From Minutocellus sp. GHC0000111 (Eukaryota), in contig OZ361259.1 in the NCBI GenBank assembly GCA_977018835.1, positions 2,046,001 to 2,110,000 of the forward strand: a DNA stretch of 64,000 bases. The letters are read 5' to 3'. The notes beneath the pieces were generated by a model that was not told where the DNA came from, searched no databases, and was given only the letters and a program-made list of their open reading frames with translations. How positions within the stretch are numbered: position 1 is the stretch's first letter; every line of letters starts with the position of its first letter. The position numbers and the translations under genes were made by a program. This document shows, piece by piece, positions 1 through 10,936 of this stretch.

Positions 1-931
1 TGAGTTCCGTCAACTTGTTCGCACCATTTTCGAGCGATTCATTGAGCAGTGCTCCGAGTCGACGATGCGTCGGTGCCACGACGATTTGACCGCCTTGACT
101 CGGTTTGTCACTTGGGATCTGCACGAGAGGAGCAGTGGGGCGCTTCGCAGATCTCTGCCTGACCAGACCGATATTGTGTCCGTGTACCAGGTGGCAGTCA
201 AGGCCGCCAAGAAGGGATCGGAGCCAGAAAAGCTGCAGCAAAGGGCACCGGCCAACAGCAAGGGAGGAGGCAGGAACAACCAGCGACAGCAGAATGCCGC
301 TGCGCCCGGTGGTGGTAGTCTCGTTCGACCGTCCTCCTCCGTTCTCACCCCCATCAACGATAACGACGAGACCCAGGAACGAGACTACTGCAATTTGCTG
401 CAGCTCATGGAGGAGGCTGCATGCTCCCGCGACGCTAACCGAACAAATTTGGTCGTCGGAGGGCTGGTACAGCACATCGTTGCACAATGGCGTGAGACCT
501 TTGGAAGGAGCATCACCACCAAGTTCAACTGGTACGTACTGGAACTAACTAGGTCGTTGATTGTTTGAATGGGATGCGGTATTGGCTCGAATACGTCTAG
601 ATTGAAGCAATGGCTTTCCTTCACACATGTCACCTCATCTCATCTTTCGTCCCCTCCCCTCCCCTCCCTTAGCTTCTTCCTCCTGCCATTTGTGGACGAG
701 TTCCACCGCTATCTGCGAACGGAGTTGCAAAAGGTCTACGATGGAGATGGTAGTGCTCTGGCGCAGGTGTTTGATCTGACGACGGCACGAAGAGCTCTCC
801 AACAACAGCGACAGGAGTTGCTGAACGAGAGCGCCGCAAATAAGCGGCTGCAGGCCAAGTTCGATGAGGTCTCTCGTTTGATGAAGAACGAGCAAGACAG
901 GGCGCAGATTGAGATAGCTCGAAGCCGATAG
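1..931 (+). CDS. DRP5B: Dynamin-related plastid division protein DRP5B/ARC5-like, 3' part (5' end outside window); intron 532..672
   Basis: Splicing GTACGT(532)..TAG(672) gives ITTKFNCFFLLPFVDEFHRYLRTELQK..VFDLTTARRALQQQRQEL, matching the KFNCFFLMPF C-terminal signature of ARC5/DRP5B. Confidence 0.8.
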
Positions 932-1173
932 GCAAGCGCGCCACAAGAAATTGCTACAGAGCAAGCAGGATGCGCTTGGGGCGAGGGCAAGGGAGTAGTC
1001 ACAATATTTGTCGAAGCCACGAAAAGCGCGTACTGTACGCGATGATAAAGATTTAGGAGCCTCTCCTGGACAATGAGAAAATTCTGCTTTTGGGCACGCA
1101 GCATGGATCTTGTTGATGGTAGCTTCTAGTCTAAAAAAACCTGTATAGGTCTACGTTAACCATATTATGTAAC

Positions 1174-2676
1174 TCATTTATCATCATTTTCAGATGGCCC
1201 CTCTAATAATATCTCGCTCTCCCTCAATCCTCCGTTGACGCCTTGAGCCGCCATCTTTTCTCGGTACGAAATTTTCGCAGGCAAGGCAAATTTCATTCCG
1301 TTCTTCTTGACCACGCCAGCGATTGCGATCATCACTCTTTCCTGATTGTCAAAAAAGGCTTGAGTCATTGGAGGGATATCGTGATGCGTATCAACAACAA
1401 CCGAAACGTGATCATCGGCCATCGATCTCCAATGAACTCGAAAGGGCCGGGAACCATCGAGCACCAACTTCGGACAAGCCGCCTTCACTTCTTCCTTCAT
1501 GTCATCCACGAGCTGCGGTATCTTGTCAATATCCTCATAATGCAATCGGACCTTTTGTTTTACTTGAGATCTCTTGGCTCTGGAAACATTTGATATTCGT
1601 TTACTTGCAATCTCTGAGTTGGGTATTCGCACGTGAATGTTATCCGTGCAAGCCAGCGTTGTATCAAGCCATCCAATAGAAATCACTCTCCCCACGGTGC
1701 CATTAGCCAACTTGATTTTGTCTCCCGGTCGAAAGCGATCGAGTAACAGCAGGCTGGTTCCCTCAATTATCTGAGTCGCCGGATCCCGCAACGACAAACC
1801 GATGATGAGACTTGACAACCCGGCAACAGAGAGCAACGATTTCACAACAACACCAACCTTGACGTTGCACAAATCCATAACAATAATTGACGTCAAGAGA
1901 AAGATAATTATGTCGAGCACTCTTGAGAAGAGTACACCGGTAATAGGAAGAGATGGCAACACTTTGCTCCCATGCTTGGGAAATGATGGATGCGTCTGAA
2001 ACATCCTCTTCAGAACGGATGTCTTGAAGGCGCTTACTCTCCCAGCCCCCCAAACGGCATGTGTAGACACCGTAATATATCTTGGTGCCGATCGAGGAAG
2101 ATGCAACCCAACAACATCCAGAAATGAAAGAAAGATCTCGCCCAGATATGCCAAGAAGCTACATTGTCCGAGCTGACATACCAATTCAGAAAAGAATTTC
2201 AGCTTGGAATCAGAGAAGTCTTTCGGAGACTTCCGACGAATCGTCTTGTTAATCACTTTGTCATTCCACCACTTTGCGATTGCCGTCGAACCGAAGCCAA
2301 TTGTGAGGATGATTCCCAGATAAATTGGATCCACAACTTCTATTATCCGCTGCATGCCAGGCCTGATTTTCCGAAGACCTTTGAGGAAGGCAACGAACGT
2401 CGTGCCTACGTTGCCAATGAGCAGCGTATCTCGACCAGAGTCCATCAAGTCATGTATTGGCATTGACGAGCTGAACAGTGCTGAATTCGTCCCACCGAAT
2501 GTAGACCTACTAGTATGTGCCGATGGAAGCATCCTCGGTGATGCTCCTCGATGACGTGACCATAATTGAACCGGTGCTTCAAACGACAAGGTCAGTGGAA
2601 GTAGCAACAACAGCACTGCCAGAGGTGCAAGGCGGCGGCAATTGTGGCTGCTGTGCCGATGCCTGCCCATGATCAA
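1174..2676 (-). CDS. MscS-family small-conductance mechanosensitive channel, probably plastid-targeted
   Basis: TM segments, then SVAGLSSLIIGLSLRD..RFRPGDKIKL..GRVISIGWLDT..IRIPNSEI (MscS core). Hydrophobic N-terminal signal followed by S-FEAP. Confidence 0.85.
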   Translation of the reverse strand: MIMGRHRHSSHNCRRLAPLAVLLLLLPLTLSFEAPVQLWSRHRGASPRMLPSAHTSRSTFGGTNSALFSSSMPIHDLMDSGRDTLLIGNVGTTFVAFLKGLRKIRPGMQRIIEVVDPIYLGIILTIGFGSTAIAKWWNDKVINKTIRRKSPKDFSDSKLKFFSELVCQLGQCSFLAYLGEIFLSFLDVVGLHLPRSAPRYITVSTHAVWGAGRVSAFKTSVLKRMFQTHPSFPKHGSKVLPSLPITGVLFSRVLDIIIFLLTSIIVMDLCNVKVGVVVKSLLSVAGLSSLIIGLSLRDPATQIIEGTSLLLLDRFRPGDKIKLANGTVGRVISIGWLDTTLACTDNIHVRIPNSEIASKRISNVSRAKRSQVKQKVRLHYEDIDKIPQLVDDMKEEVKAACPKLVLDGSRPFRVHWRSMADDHVSVVVDTHHDIPPMTQAFFDNQERVMIAIAGVVKKNGMKFALPAKISYREKMAAQGVNGGLRESEILLEGPSENDDK

Positions 2677-2809
2677 ACTTGGTGTATTTTTCCAAGATAA
2701 GAGTACAGCGCTCTCGCGACTACAATCAATTTATTGTACAAGGCTCGCTCGCATCTTCACATGATGTGTTCGTTGAGAGAGTGCGAGTGCGAGAGCGATC
2801 GCGAGCGAG

Positions 2810-3427
2810 TCTGCCAGCGAACGGGACCAACGCTGGCAGATTGAAAGCATTTCTGCCAGCGATTGCAAAAATCTGTCAGCGATTGCAAAAATCTGCCAGA
2901 CAGGGAAAAATCTGTCAGATTTTTCTTCAATTCTGCCAGACGAAATCTCAAAGCCATTCAGTCTGCCAGACGAGATACGAACAAGAATTGCCCGCCGTCA
3001 AACGACACCGCCGGAACGACGGGATGAGCCGTCGAGTCGTCGAGTCACCTGAGCGTGTTGTTTCTGATGTGTCCTGCAAGTGTGGTCTTTGTCTGTTGCA
3101 AAAATCCTGAGAAATCATGGCATATCATGCAGCGAGCCCGTATCTTCGGTTGCGCCATGACACGAAAATTGGCCACCACCGACACTCGTTGGGGGTCTCC
3201 GCGCCCCGACACGTCAACACTGATGCGTGCATTCGTTTCGCTATTGGTCTGATCGTGTTGGCGGCTTCATACTTGATATCTCACCCACCTTTGCTCTGCA
3301 TCGGCATTCTCTCACATCTTGCGTTTTTCGTTTTCGAGAAATCCTTGCAGATTTTCTTTTGCTTGCAGACTGCGACCCGTCTGTCAGACGGTGACGCATT
3401 TCTGCTCTGGTCCCGTTTGCTGGCAGA
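2810..3427. repeat. Possible MITE/foldback relic: 20-bp inverted repeats plus subterminal TCTGYCAG repeats
   Basis: tctgccagcgaacgggacca (2810-2829) versus tggtcccgtttgctggcaga (3408-3427), 19/20 complementary. Tandem gcgattgcaaaaatctg copies near 2859-2896. No TSD found. Confidence 0.45.
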
Positions 3428-3624
3428 TTTGTTTTGGTTGCAGATTGGTCACAACACGAGCGGACAACAAGGAACCCGGAGTTTTGGCACAGACAGCCGT
3501 TACGCACGAGCAAGAAGGTAAATTTGCGTCGATTTCATCAGCAGAGTAGACAACCAAGAAGAGAAGTGGGCCGAAGATGCAGGAAGAAGAGATAATGGCG
3601 CTGCCACCGCCAAAGGTGCGCTAA

Positions 3625-4191
3625 ATGTCCAATGGCATGCCGGTCGATCTCTATGTCGCTGTACAAAAGCTCCGAATCTACGGCGTCATTCTTTTGGCGG
3701 CCTCCCTCTTCTTTCTTGGCTGGTCGATAATATCCTACTTCATTGCCGAGCCATTGATGGCCTTCTATGGGATGGGATCCTTTGGTTGTTCCACACTCAC
3801 GGCAATATTTTTTCTGACGAATCGAATCGCGACATCAGGTTGGAAAGGACGACTCAATGTAGTATGCACCCATTTGGCAAACTCAGGCTACTTTGCAGTA
3901 GCTGCATTGTACGGCCACAATGTCAGCTACGGGAGGGGATGGACAATTACCGCGGGAATATTATTCGGTTGCTGGATCCTAGCCGCTGCAATATCGTATA
4001 ACATTCTGTGTCAGGCTCAGCGCATAATGGACAGAACGGAAGATGATGGAGAAGATGCCCTGGAAGATATTGAAAGGGATTTGAGAGAAACTGATCTGAG
4101 AGTTCGACAGTCGTCCTCCACAATGTCAGGCTCAGCCTTGCAGACACAACAGAATATGCGCATCGAGAGTCTCTCATTTGGAGACGTTTGA
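3625..4191 (+). CDS. Hypothetical membrane protein (~4 TM helices, acidic C-terminal tail)
   Basis: 188-aa ORF with four hydrophobic stretches; no family recognised. Confidence 0.65.
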   Translation: MSNGMPVDLYVAVQKLRIYGVILLAASLFFLGWSIISYFIAEPLMAFYGMGSFGCSTLTAIFFLTNRIATSGWKGRLNVVCTHLANSGYFAVAALYGHNVSYGRGWTITAGILFGCWILAAAISYNILCQAQRIMDRTEDDGEDALEDIERDLRETDLRVRQSSSTMSGSALQTQQNMRIESLSFGDV

Positions 4192-4648
4192 TGAAGTGTT
4201 GGTGTATTTTGGTCGAAGAATTACGTACATCCATTCTATTCGAAGAGTCAACTCTTCACAAATGTATTTTAGATATCTATTGTCGAATATTGTATTTGTC
4301 GAATATGGTCTGTAGCCGCTTGCTGACAACGCCCTCATTTATTCAGCTGTTCCACTCGCTCTATTTTTGGAGAGTCCATTTCTAATTTCGCTTGTCTGCA
4401 GATAGCGGGTGGAAGTTGACCAGGATTTGAGTGCATCCAAGAGATTTTGTGAAATATCTACCATAAGACTCTATACTCAGCAAATGTTTGGCGAAAAGGT
4501 CTGCATGAACTACTGCATTCGAATAATCTATGTGAGTAAATATTCCATCACGAGCAGCTGCAGCTTTTCCCGATCAATATGCTCAATTTGTTTCGATCAA
4601 ACCCCAACCCGCGTGACAGCTAGCAAGTGTACGTTCAAGGTGCACTCT

Positions 4649-5847
4649 CTACGACGCGGTCTTCTGAGCTCGCTTGTTGCGCACATCCCAGTTGTAGATA
4701 CGACTAATGTTGACTTCTGCAGTAATGATTTGGTTTCTAGTAAAGGCCAAATCTTGCACAACCTATTGGAACGTGATATGCATAATTTGAAGCGAGCAAA
4801 AGCACAAATGTTGTTGAGTTGAGATGAGTTGAGAAAGAGAGAAAGAGCAGCAAGAAAGAAAATGATAAAACAAGAAGAGACACTAAATAACAAGTAATCT
4901 TACATCCTCGAGATCCTTCTTAGCTTTCTCCTCTTTGGACGAGAGCAATTCAATGGCCTCGTCGTAGGTGTATTCAATCATGACATTTGCGCCGAGCCAA
5001 AGATTGACAATGCCGGAATCAACATCCAGCTCCGCCTTGGTGTAAACAGTATCGGCAAGGTTGTATCGAGTCACGACCGTTTCGCCTTCCTCTTGCTTGG
5101 CTTTCAGATGCTTCACAAGTGTCAGAGACTTCTCAATCTCTGGAATCTTTTGCTGATAAGTCAGACCTGAGAGCATACAAAATGAGTATCAATCCAATCG
5201 ATGTGTAGATAGGAGCACAGAGCATAGCACGGAGCGCGATGGAAGTTAGGTCATGGGGTATGATGCAACAGAAGACAGCAGGAGAGATGTGTCCATAAAA
5301 AGATACTTATCGGCATAAAACCAATTCAGGAAAGGCACAATAGAGTGATTCGGGGAAAATAGTCTATTCAACTGTTTTACTGTTCGATTTCTCAATCGTG
5401 AGCTGCTCTTCGCGGTGTGATCGCGTGAAAAATATTGTGATCAGCTAAAATCACACAGTTTTTCGTACAGTTGTACAGTTGAACAGTTCAAAAATGAGCT
5501 CCCGAATCACTCTAATATCAACAAAACTCACGCTTCTGACTGAGACTCTGCTCATAGGCTTTGAACTTGGAGAACAGATCCGAGTAGGCACCGATGAGGA
5601 GCTCGGCGGATGCCGGCGGGCTGAAGGACTCGGCGAATTTTCCAATGTCATCGATGAACTTGGTACGCGGGATACCGCGATCCGTCTTGCCATCGGTAAT
5701 ATCCTCGAGAGACAGGCTGGTATTCTCCGCCTCCTCGGCCAGAGCCTTGAGCTTTTCAGCCTCCTCGTCCGACCCCGACGAGGGTGCGGCGGCAGCAGCA
5801 CCGGCGGCAGCAGCACCGGTAGCCGTGTCTTCTTCTGACGGCGGCAT
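4649..5847 (-). CDS. PFDN3: Prefoldin subunit 3 (VBP1); exons 5847..5532, 5166..4904, 4762..4649
   Basis: RGIPRTKFIDDI..KFKAYEQSL; KIPEIEKSL..LADTVYTKA..VNLWLGANVMIEYTYDEAIELL; DLAFTRNQIITAEVNISRIYNWDV. Canonical GT-AG introns restore the frame. An alternative ATG lies at 5859. Confidence 0.92.
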
Positions 5848-6123
5848 TTTTGACCCCATGTAAAATGAATTATTTGTGAAACAGAGGAATGCGAAAAGAG
5901 CCAGTCAGCTGATGTGATGCAGGCTGTGGGGGAGTGAGTGTGGTGGCGGGGGGGGGTGGTGTGGTGGTCCACAATTAAAAATGAGGGGTCGAGCGGCCGG
6001 TCAAAATCGGGAGCAAGCTGGTCCCGCACCGCACAGGGCAGGGGCGAGGCCAGCCGGCAACCTGCCGGTAATGGCACACTTTTGCGTGCACTAATCCCCG
6101 TGACGCACAAAATAAAGAGAACA

Positions 6124-6597
6124 ATGGAGCAAGCCATGGATGTTGCCGAGATACGCTCGAAGATTGACGAATATTCATCGTTCATCAGCTCGACTCTGCG
6201 ACCACAACTGGAAGCTGCTGTGAAGGCGAGAGAAGAAGTAGAGCTTGACATCAAGGAATACGAAGCGTTGCAGGCGAAGCTCGCGAATATCGATATCGAA
6301 GAGAAGAAGGGGCAGTCCGTAAAAGACACAGTGGTAGATCTGGGTCACGAATTGATATATTGCAAAGCTGCGATTGATGATCCGTCCAGAATAATATACG
6401 TCCACGCGGGTATGGGGTTTCACGTCGAGATGACAATCGATGAGGCCAGAACATTCGTTGGGAAGAGAATTGCACTTCTGAAACAATCACTGGAACTCAA
6501 AACTCACAAGGCTACCACAATAGCAGTCCATATTGAGGAGACCATTCTTGTTTTGCAACAATTGGGAAATGAAGCGTCTCTTTCACAAGAAGAGTAG
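6124..6597 (+). CDS. UXT: UXT-like alpha-type prefoldin
   Basis: KIDEYSSFISSTLRPQLE..VDLGHELIYCKA..IYVHAGMGFHVEMTIDEARTFV fits the UXT pattern. Confidence 0.8.
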   Translation: MEQAMDVAEIRSKIDEYSSFISSTLRPQLEAAVKAREEVELDIKEYEALQAKLANIDIEEKKGQSVKDTVVDLGHELIYCKAAIDDPSRIIYVHAGMGFHVEMTIDEARTFVGKRIALLKQSLELKTHKATTIAVHIEETILVLQQLGNEASLSQEE

Positions 6598-7169
6598 ATT
6601 TCGGTCGCCCCCCCTTGCAAAAGGCGAGGAGAGTCTCTCTACTACCAGTACCGGTAGATATTGGATCCGTATGATCTGTTGACGAAATTCAGTGCCAACT
6701 ATTTTGTATGAATACTGTAAACTAAGAATGCTCTGTGTGATCTCATCCACAAAAACAACCATGGGAGTGGAGAAGAAGAGACGGTTGTTTGGTGGTTGAT
6801 ATAATGAAAAAAAACTCTGGAAAATGCAAAAGAAGGACTTGATGCATGCTGCATAGAACAGTTATCAATATGCCAACAAATCTGGCTAGCTAGTCTAGAT
6901 AGAAGCAATTGTAGAAGGAGAGAATGTGTACCGGTTCATGTGTACACACTGGCGATGGCCGCAACACTTCGCTCATCTCGATTAGCTCATAACCTAATAT
7001 AACATTTTTTGCGTCATCATTGCATCAGCACCCCTGCCAAGTACGTCGTCAATCTCTTCGGAGGATCGAGAGCGGATGTCGATGTCGATCGATGATCATT
7101 CAACGAGCATCGGCAACTGCATGAAAGGTGTCCGCTCATCTAATCTACCCTTGTACAGCGAAGAACAAA

Positions 7170-7852
7170 ATGAATATTTTTATTAAACTATTTGTGATTG
7201 CATCCATCGCTGGCTTTCATGGCGGTCAGGCGTGGATTTTACCGAAATCCAACGCAATGAGCGCAAGACAAAACACTGGTGCCACCGCCACCTCGCAACT
7301 CATGGCCACTGGAAGCTTGCACGGGGAGCAATCCTGCTTCCTCCCACTCCAGCAGCTCGATCAGGACTACTATGCGCCGAGAATCGTGCAGATTGCTGGG
7401 GCATACCCCGGCATCACGGCCGAGGAGATTGCCGCGGTAACATCGGAGGAGGCGCCCGTGCCTGGTCAGTGGACGTACGACTTTAGCGATCCGGATGGAC
7501 CTCAGTTGGGCACGGTCGCCATCGAGGGGTCGCAGGTAGTTCACGATTGCGATGACGCCGTGGCGATTATTGCAGAGCACCCCAGTTTGGGAGTTCCTCT
7601 TCCAGAGACTCTAACGGAGCCAGTTGATGTCATCGTTTTGGTTGACAGAGCAAGAAATTATTTTTCCGAGCGCAAGTTTCTCTTGTCATCGATAATCCTG
7701 CTGCAGGGGTTGAGATTGGGGCCTTCCAAACGAAGGCAGAAATTCCGGAGGGATCTACCATCCTGGGACAAGTTGTGCTGGTCCAAATGCCTTGGCTGCC
7801 TTCAATGAAGCCGACTAAATCTGGATTCATGGAAGAGGATGAGTACTTCTAA
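7170..7852 (+). CDS. Conserved-looking hypothetical protein, likely plastid-targeted; frameshift at ~7680-7685
   Basis: Signal peptide then GQA-WILP. Removing one CT in tttctcttgtc extends the frame as RKFLVIDNPAAGVEIGAF..PWLPSMKPTKSGFMEEDEYF*. Confidence 0.65.
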
Positions 7853-7979
7853 CTTTCGAGTCAATAATATGTGCGAACTGCAACTCTTCTTTTTCGAACT
7901 AAAAGCAGATAGCAAAATATTGTTCCCAACGAGAAGTACTCTAGTAGGTATTATCCATATTAATCTGTCTTCGAGATGT

Positions 7980-9554
7980 TTACCATTTTGATGAAGGTGT
8001 GTTAGCCATAGGGTTTGGAACGAGAGCCGCAAGCTCTCTTTGGAGTTCTAAAACTCCTCCCTTGGCCGTGTTGTGTCGCACATTATTGAATCCTACTCCA
8101 GGCTTGGCGCTAACAAGCATAACAGGAAGCGAACTTGGTTCCCTTCGGAGAGATTCTGATAATTGTTGCCTCACCACAACCACCCTTCGAGCTAGATCTT
8201 GCTGCTTCACCAAATCACATTTCGTCAAGACAATCTGTATCGGTGGAAGAGTATTTCTCACTCGTTCCAATCCATGTTCCTTCGCCATCCGTGCATTTTC
8301 ATCCAATGCCGCTTGGAGCATATCTAAGAATTCAAAGTCGGCACTCTTTATACCATGACGAGCATCAAGCAAAAGTAAGATGCGCTTGAGTGACCTACCT
8401 CGGTGCAAAAGATAGTGTTGCATCAGTTCTTTCCATTCCAAGCTCTTCTCTTCGGATACATAGCTGAAGCCATATCCAGGTAGATCAGAAAGTACCAACG
8501 ATGTTTTGTGCTTCATATCCTTTTTCTTCTTTGCATCGCCATCACTGTGATCTTTGTCATCATTTCCAATATTGGAGGACTGAGCAATTTCGGCCGTAAG
8601 CTGATACAACGATATCATGCGGGTCTCTCCAGGTTTCGACGAGACTATCGCCTTCTTTCCTCGAGGCATCTTGGTCACCTCTGGATTCAACCGCCTACCG
8701 AGGCGTCGCTTAATGGGCTCTCCACTTTCATCAGGCCGGTTTCCATAGAGCAGCGCATTGAGAAGCGTTGACTTTCCTACATTGCTTCTACCAGCGAGGG
8801 CTACCTCCGTCAGGCCTTTGGTACTCCTCGGGAATTCATCGTCGATGGATCCTGCACTGCCCAATATTTTGACTGGTAATCTCTTCACTTTGTGCCCATC
8901 AATAGTCGTCTCATTTGCCTTGGTGGGCGCAGCAAATGGCAAAGGTGGCAACCACGAGGATGAAGACTCATACTGATCATGGGTCGAGTTGCTACTGCTT
9001 GCGTCAGGACCACTTCTCTTTTGATAAGGCTTGGGTGAGGATCGTCGTCCCCTCCCAAAGCTTTGGCTCTTCAAGAACTCCTTCTCAGATGCTGCATCGA
9101 GGACGTCGTCTCTTCCACGGCCTCTTTTGGTGTGATTCCTACCTTGCTTCGATCTTTGCCGATGACGATGATCTCTCCTTTGGGGGATGCCCACGCCGAT
9201 CGATTCGATGTAGCGCAGGATTGAGGGGTGTACAGGTACCTCTTTGAATGATTTACGGGCATTACTAGCGCCAGAAATTCCCAAGCTGCTACGATCGTTT
9301 CCTTTGAGACTATCATACCACTCCTCTTCGTCTTCTTTCATGGTTGCATTATTGTTGTGATGATTCGATGCTGAAAAATATCGCTTCTCCATCGGCATAT
9401 TTGGGGAAAGCGACGAAATGGAAAGAACGCGCAAAGGGCGATCAGTCGAGAGAGATGTACATCGAGGTCTCACCAGCCGCGTAAGGGCCGCATTAGTGAG
9501 GTGACGTGCCATTGGAGCGCACGGAAGTGGTGGCATCGCTCGTTCTCGTATCAA
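7980..9554 (-). CDS. EngB/YihA (YsxC)-family ribosome biogenesis GTPase, probably mitochondrial
   Basis: EVALAGRSNVGKSTLLNAL, VSSKPGETR, DLPGYGF, LLLDARHG, IVLTKCD. Arg/Ser-rich N-terminus. Confidence 0.9.
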   Translation of the reverse strand: MIRERAMPPLPCAPMARHLTNAALTRLVRPRCTSLSTDRPLRVLSISSLSPNMPMEKRYFSASNHHNNNATMKEDEEEWYDSLKGNDRSSLGISGASNARKSFKEVPVHPSILRYIESIGVGIPQRRDHRHRQRSKQGRNHTKRGRGRDDVLDAASEKEFLKSQSFGRGRRSSPKPYQKRSGPDASSSNSTHDQYESSSSWLPPLPFAAPTKANETTIDGHKVKRLPVKILGSAGSIDDEFPRSTKGLTEVALAGRSNVGKSTLLNALLYGNRPDESGEPIKRRLGRRLNPEVTKMPRGKKAIVSSKPGETRMISLYQLTAEIAQSSNIGNDDKDHSDGDAKKKKDMKHKTSLVLSDLPGYGFSYVSEEKSLEWKELMQHYLLHRGRSLKRILLLLDARHGIKSADFEFLDMLQAALDENARMAKEHGLERVRNTLPPIQIVLTKCDLVKQQDLARRVVVVRQQLSESLRREPSSLPVMLVSAKPGVGFNNVRHNTAKGGVLELQRELAALVPNPMANTPSSKW

Positions 9555-9734
9555 GTATCAAACGAAATGGAGGAGGTCGCAGTAGGTTTGCAGGTTTGTG
9601 GCGGTCAATACGCGCGATGGACAGACCATCTTTCAGCTCGCTCGCGATCGCTCGATCCGCTCGCTCGCTCGACGCCTCATTTTTTCAAGCGAGACCCCAA
9701 GTACTCCCACCGCCCCACCACACCCACGTTGATA

Positions 9735-10307
9735 ATGTCTGCCGCCCCAACCAACCCAGGAGCCAACATGGCAGCCGCTGTAGACGCGGAGGTGGCCAAA
9801 TTCCGTGCCCTGCAGACCGAGATCCAGGAGCTCCGATCCTCCCAGCAGACTCTCATTGGACAGCAGAACGAGAACGAGATGGTGAAGCAGGAGCTCGACT
9901 TGCTCGACGAGGACAGCGCCACGGTGTACAAGATGGTCGGGCCGGTGCTTATGAAGAATGATCTGGACGATGCCAAACAGACTGTCGACAAGAGATTGGA
10001 GTATATCACCGGAGAGCTGTGAGTACAACTAATCGGTCGCAGTGCGGTCCTACTTTTAAACCCGTGGCCTTTTCCGCCATTATCACGTGCATCGCCCAAC
10101 CCCGAATCAACCTCACCCATCATTCTTTCCCCCTTCTCTGCACTTTGCAATAAACGCAGCAAAAAGCTGGACAAGAAAAAGGAGGATGCACAGAAGAAAG
10201 CATCCGAAAGCGGGGAGAAGATACAGCAGATGCAGAGTGCGATGCAGCAGGCGGCGGCCGAGGCAGCCAGGGCGGTCGCTCAGCAGCACTCGCAGCAGAG
10301 CTCGTAG
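9735..10307 (+). CDS. PFDN6: Prefoldin subunit 6 (beta type); intron 10019..10159
   Basis: QQNENEMVKQELDLL..VYKMVGPVLMKNDLDDAKQTVDKRLEYITGEL|KKLD; GTGAGT..CAG intron. Confidence 0.92.
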
Positions 10308-10648
10308 GTTGCGTCGGGAACCTACGAAGGGCATTGTGGATGTTTATGCAAAGGATTTTCTGTGCATCTCATGCCAAGTACGAAATATGGGGAATGCAAG
10401 AATAGGATTGCCGATCTAGATCACCTTTTTTTTGGTACCGTAGGAATTCCTACCGGTTGGGCGAGATTTGATTGACGAACATTGCCGATACTGGTATTGG
10501 CTTCATCACCAGCAAAAGGATTGCAAGGTATTTTTGATATGCTCGCATTCATATTTTCCAACACTGCGGTGCATCAGAGTCGAGTCGAATCGAGTCGAGT
10601 CAACATTTGTGATGTCTGAGAGTGACTGACTGACTGAGGAACCGAATG

Positions 10649-10678
10649 TCATCATCATCATCATCATCATCATCATCA
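10649..10678. repeat. (TCA)10 microsatellite
   Basis: Read directly from the sequence. Confidence 0.95.
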
Positions 10679-10936
10679 GTCTCTCTCTTTGATGGCGACG
10701 GCGGCCGCTATGAGCGGTGAATTTGTCAAATGGTATTCCCACCGATGTCAATAGTTGTAATCTAATCGCCTCTGGCAACTGCAGCAGCACCATGGCTCGG
10801 TCAAGCTTCGGCAAGTGTCGCAAACCATGGTTTTTGAAGGGATTACCAATGTCCTCGCCTCTGATATTGGAAACCCGGAGGCAAAGAGTTTGGAGAGAAG
10901 CCAAAAGAGGGCCCAAGAGTCACAACCCAAGCATCG

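Noticed and set aside
2851..2975. Short spaced repeats as a CRISPR-like array
   Set aside because: Units are too short and irregular, with no unique spacers or cas genes, in a eukaryotic context.
10506..10916. ORF with a poly-Met run
   Set aside because: Produced by the (TCA)10 microsatellite in intergenic DNA.
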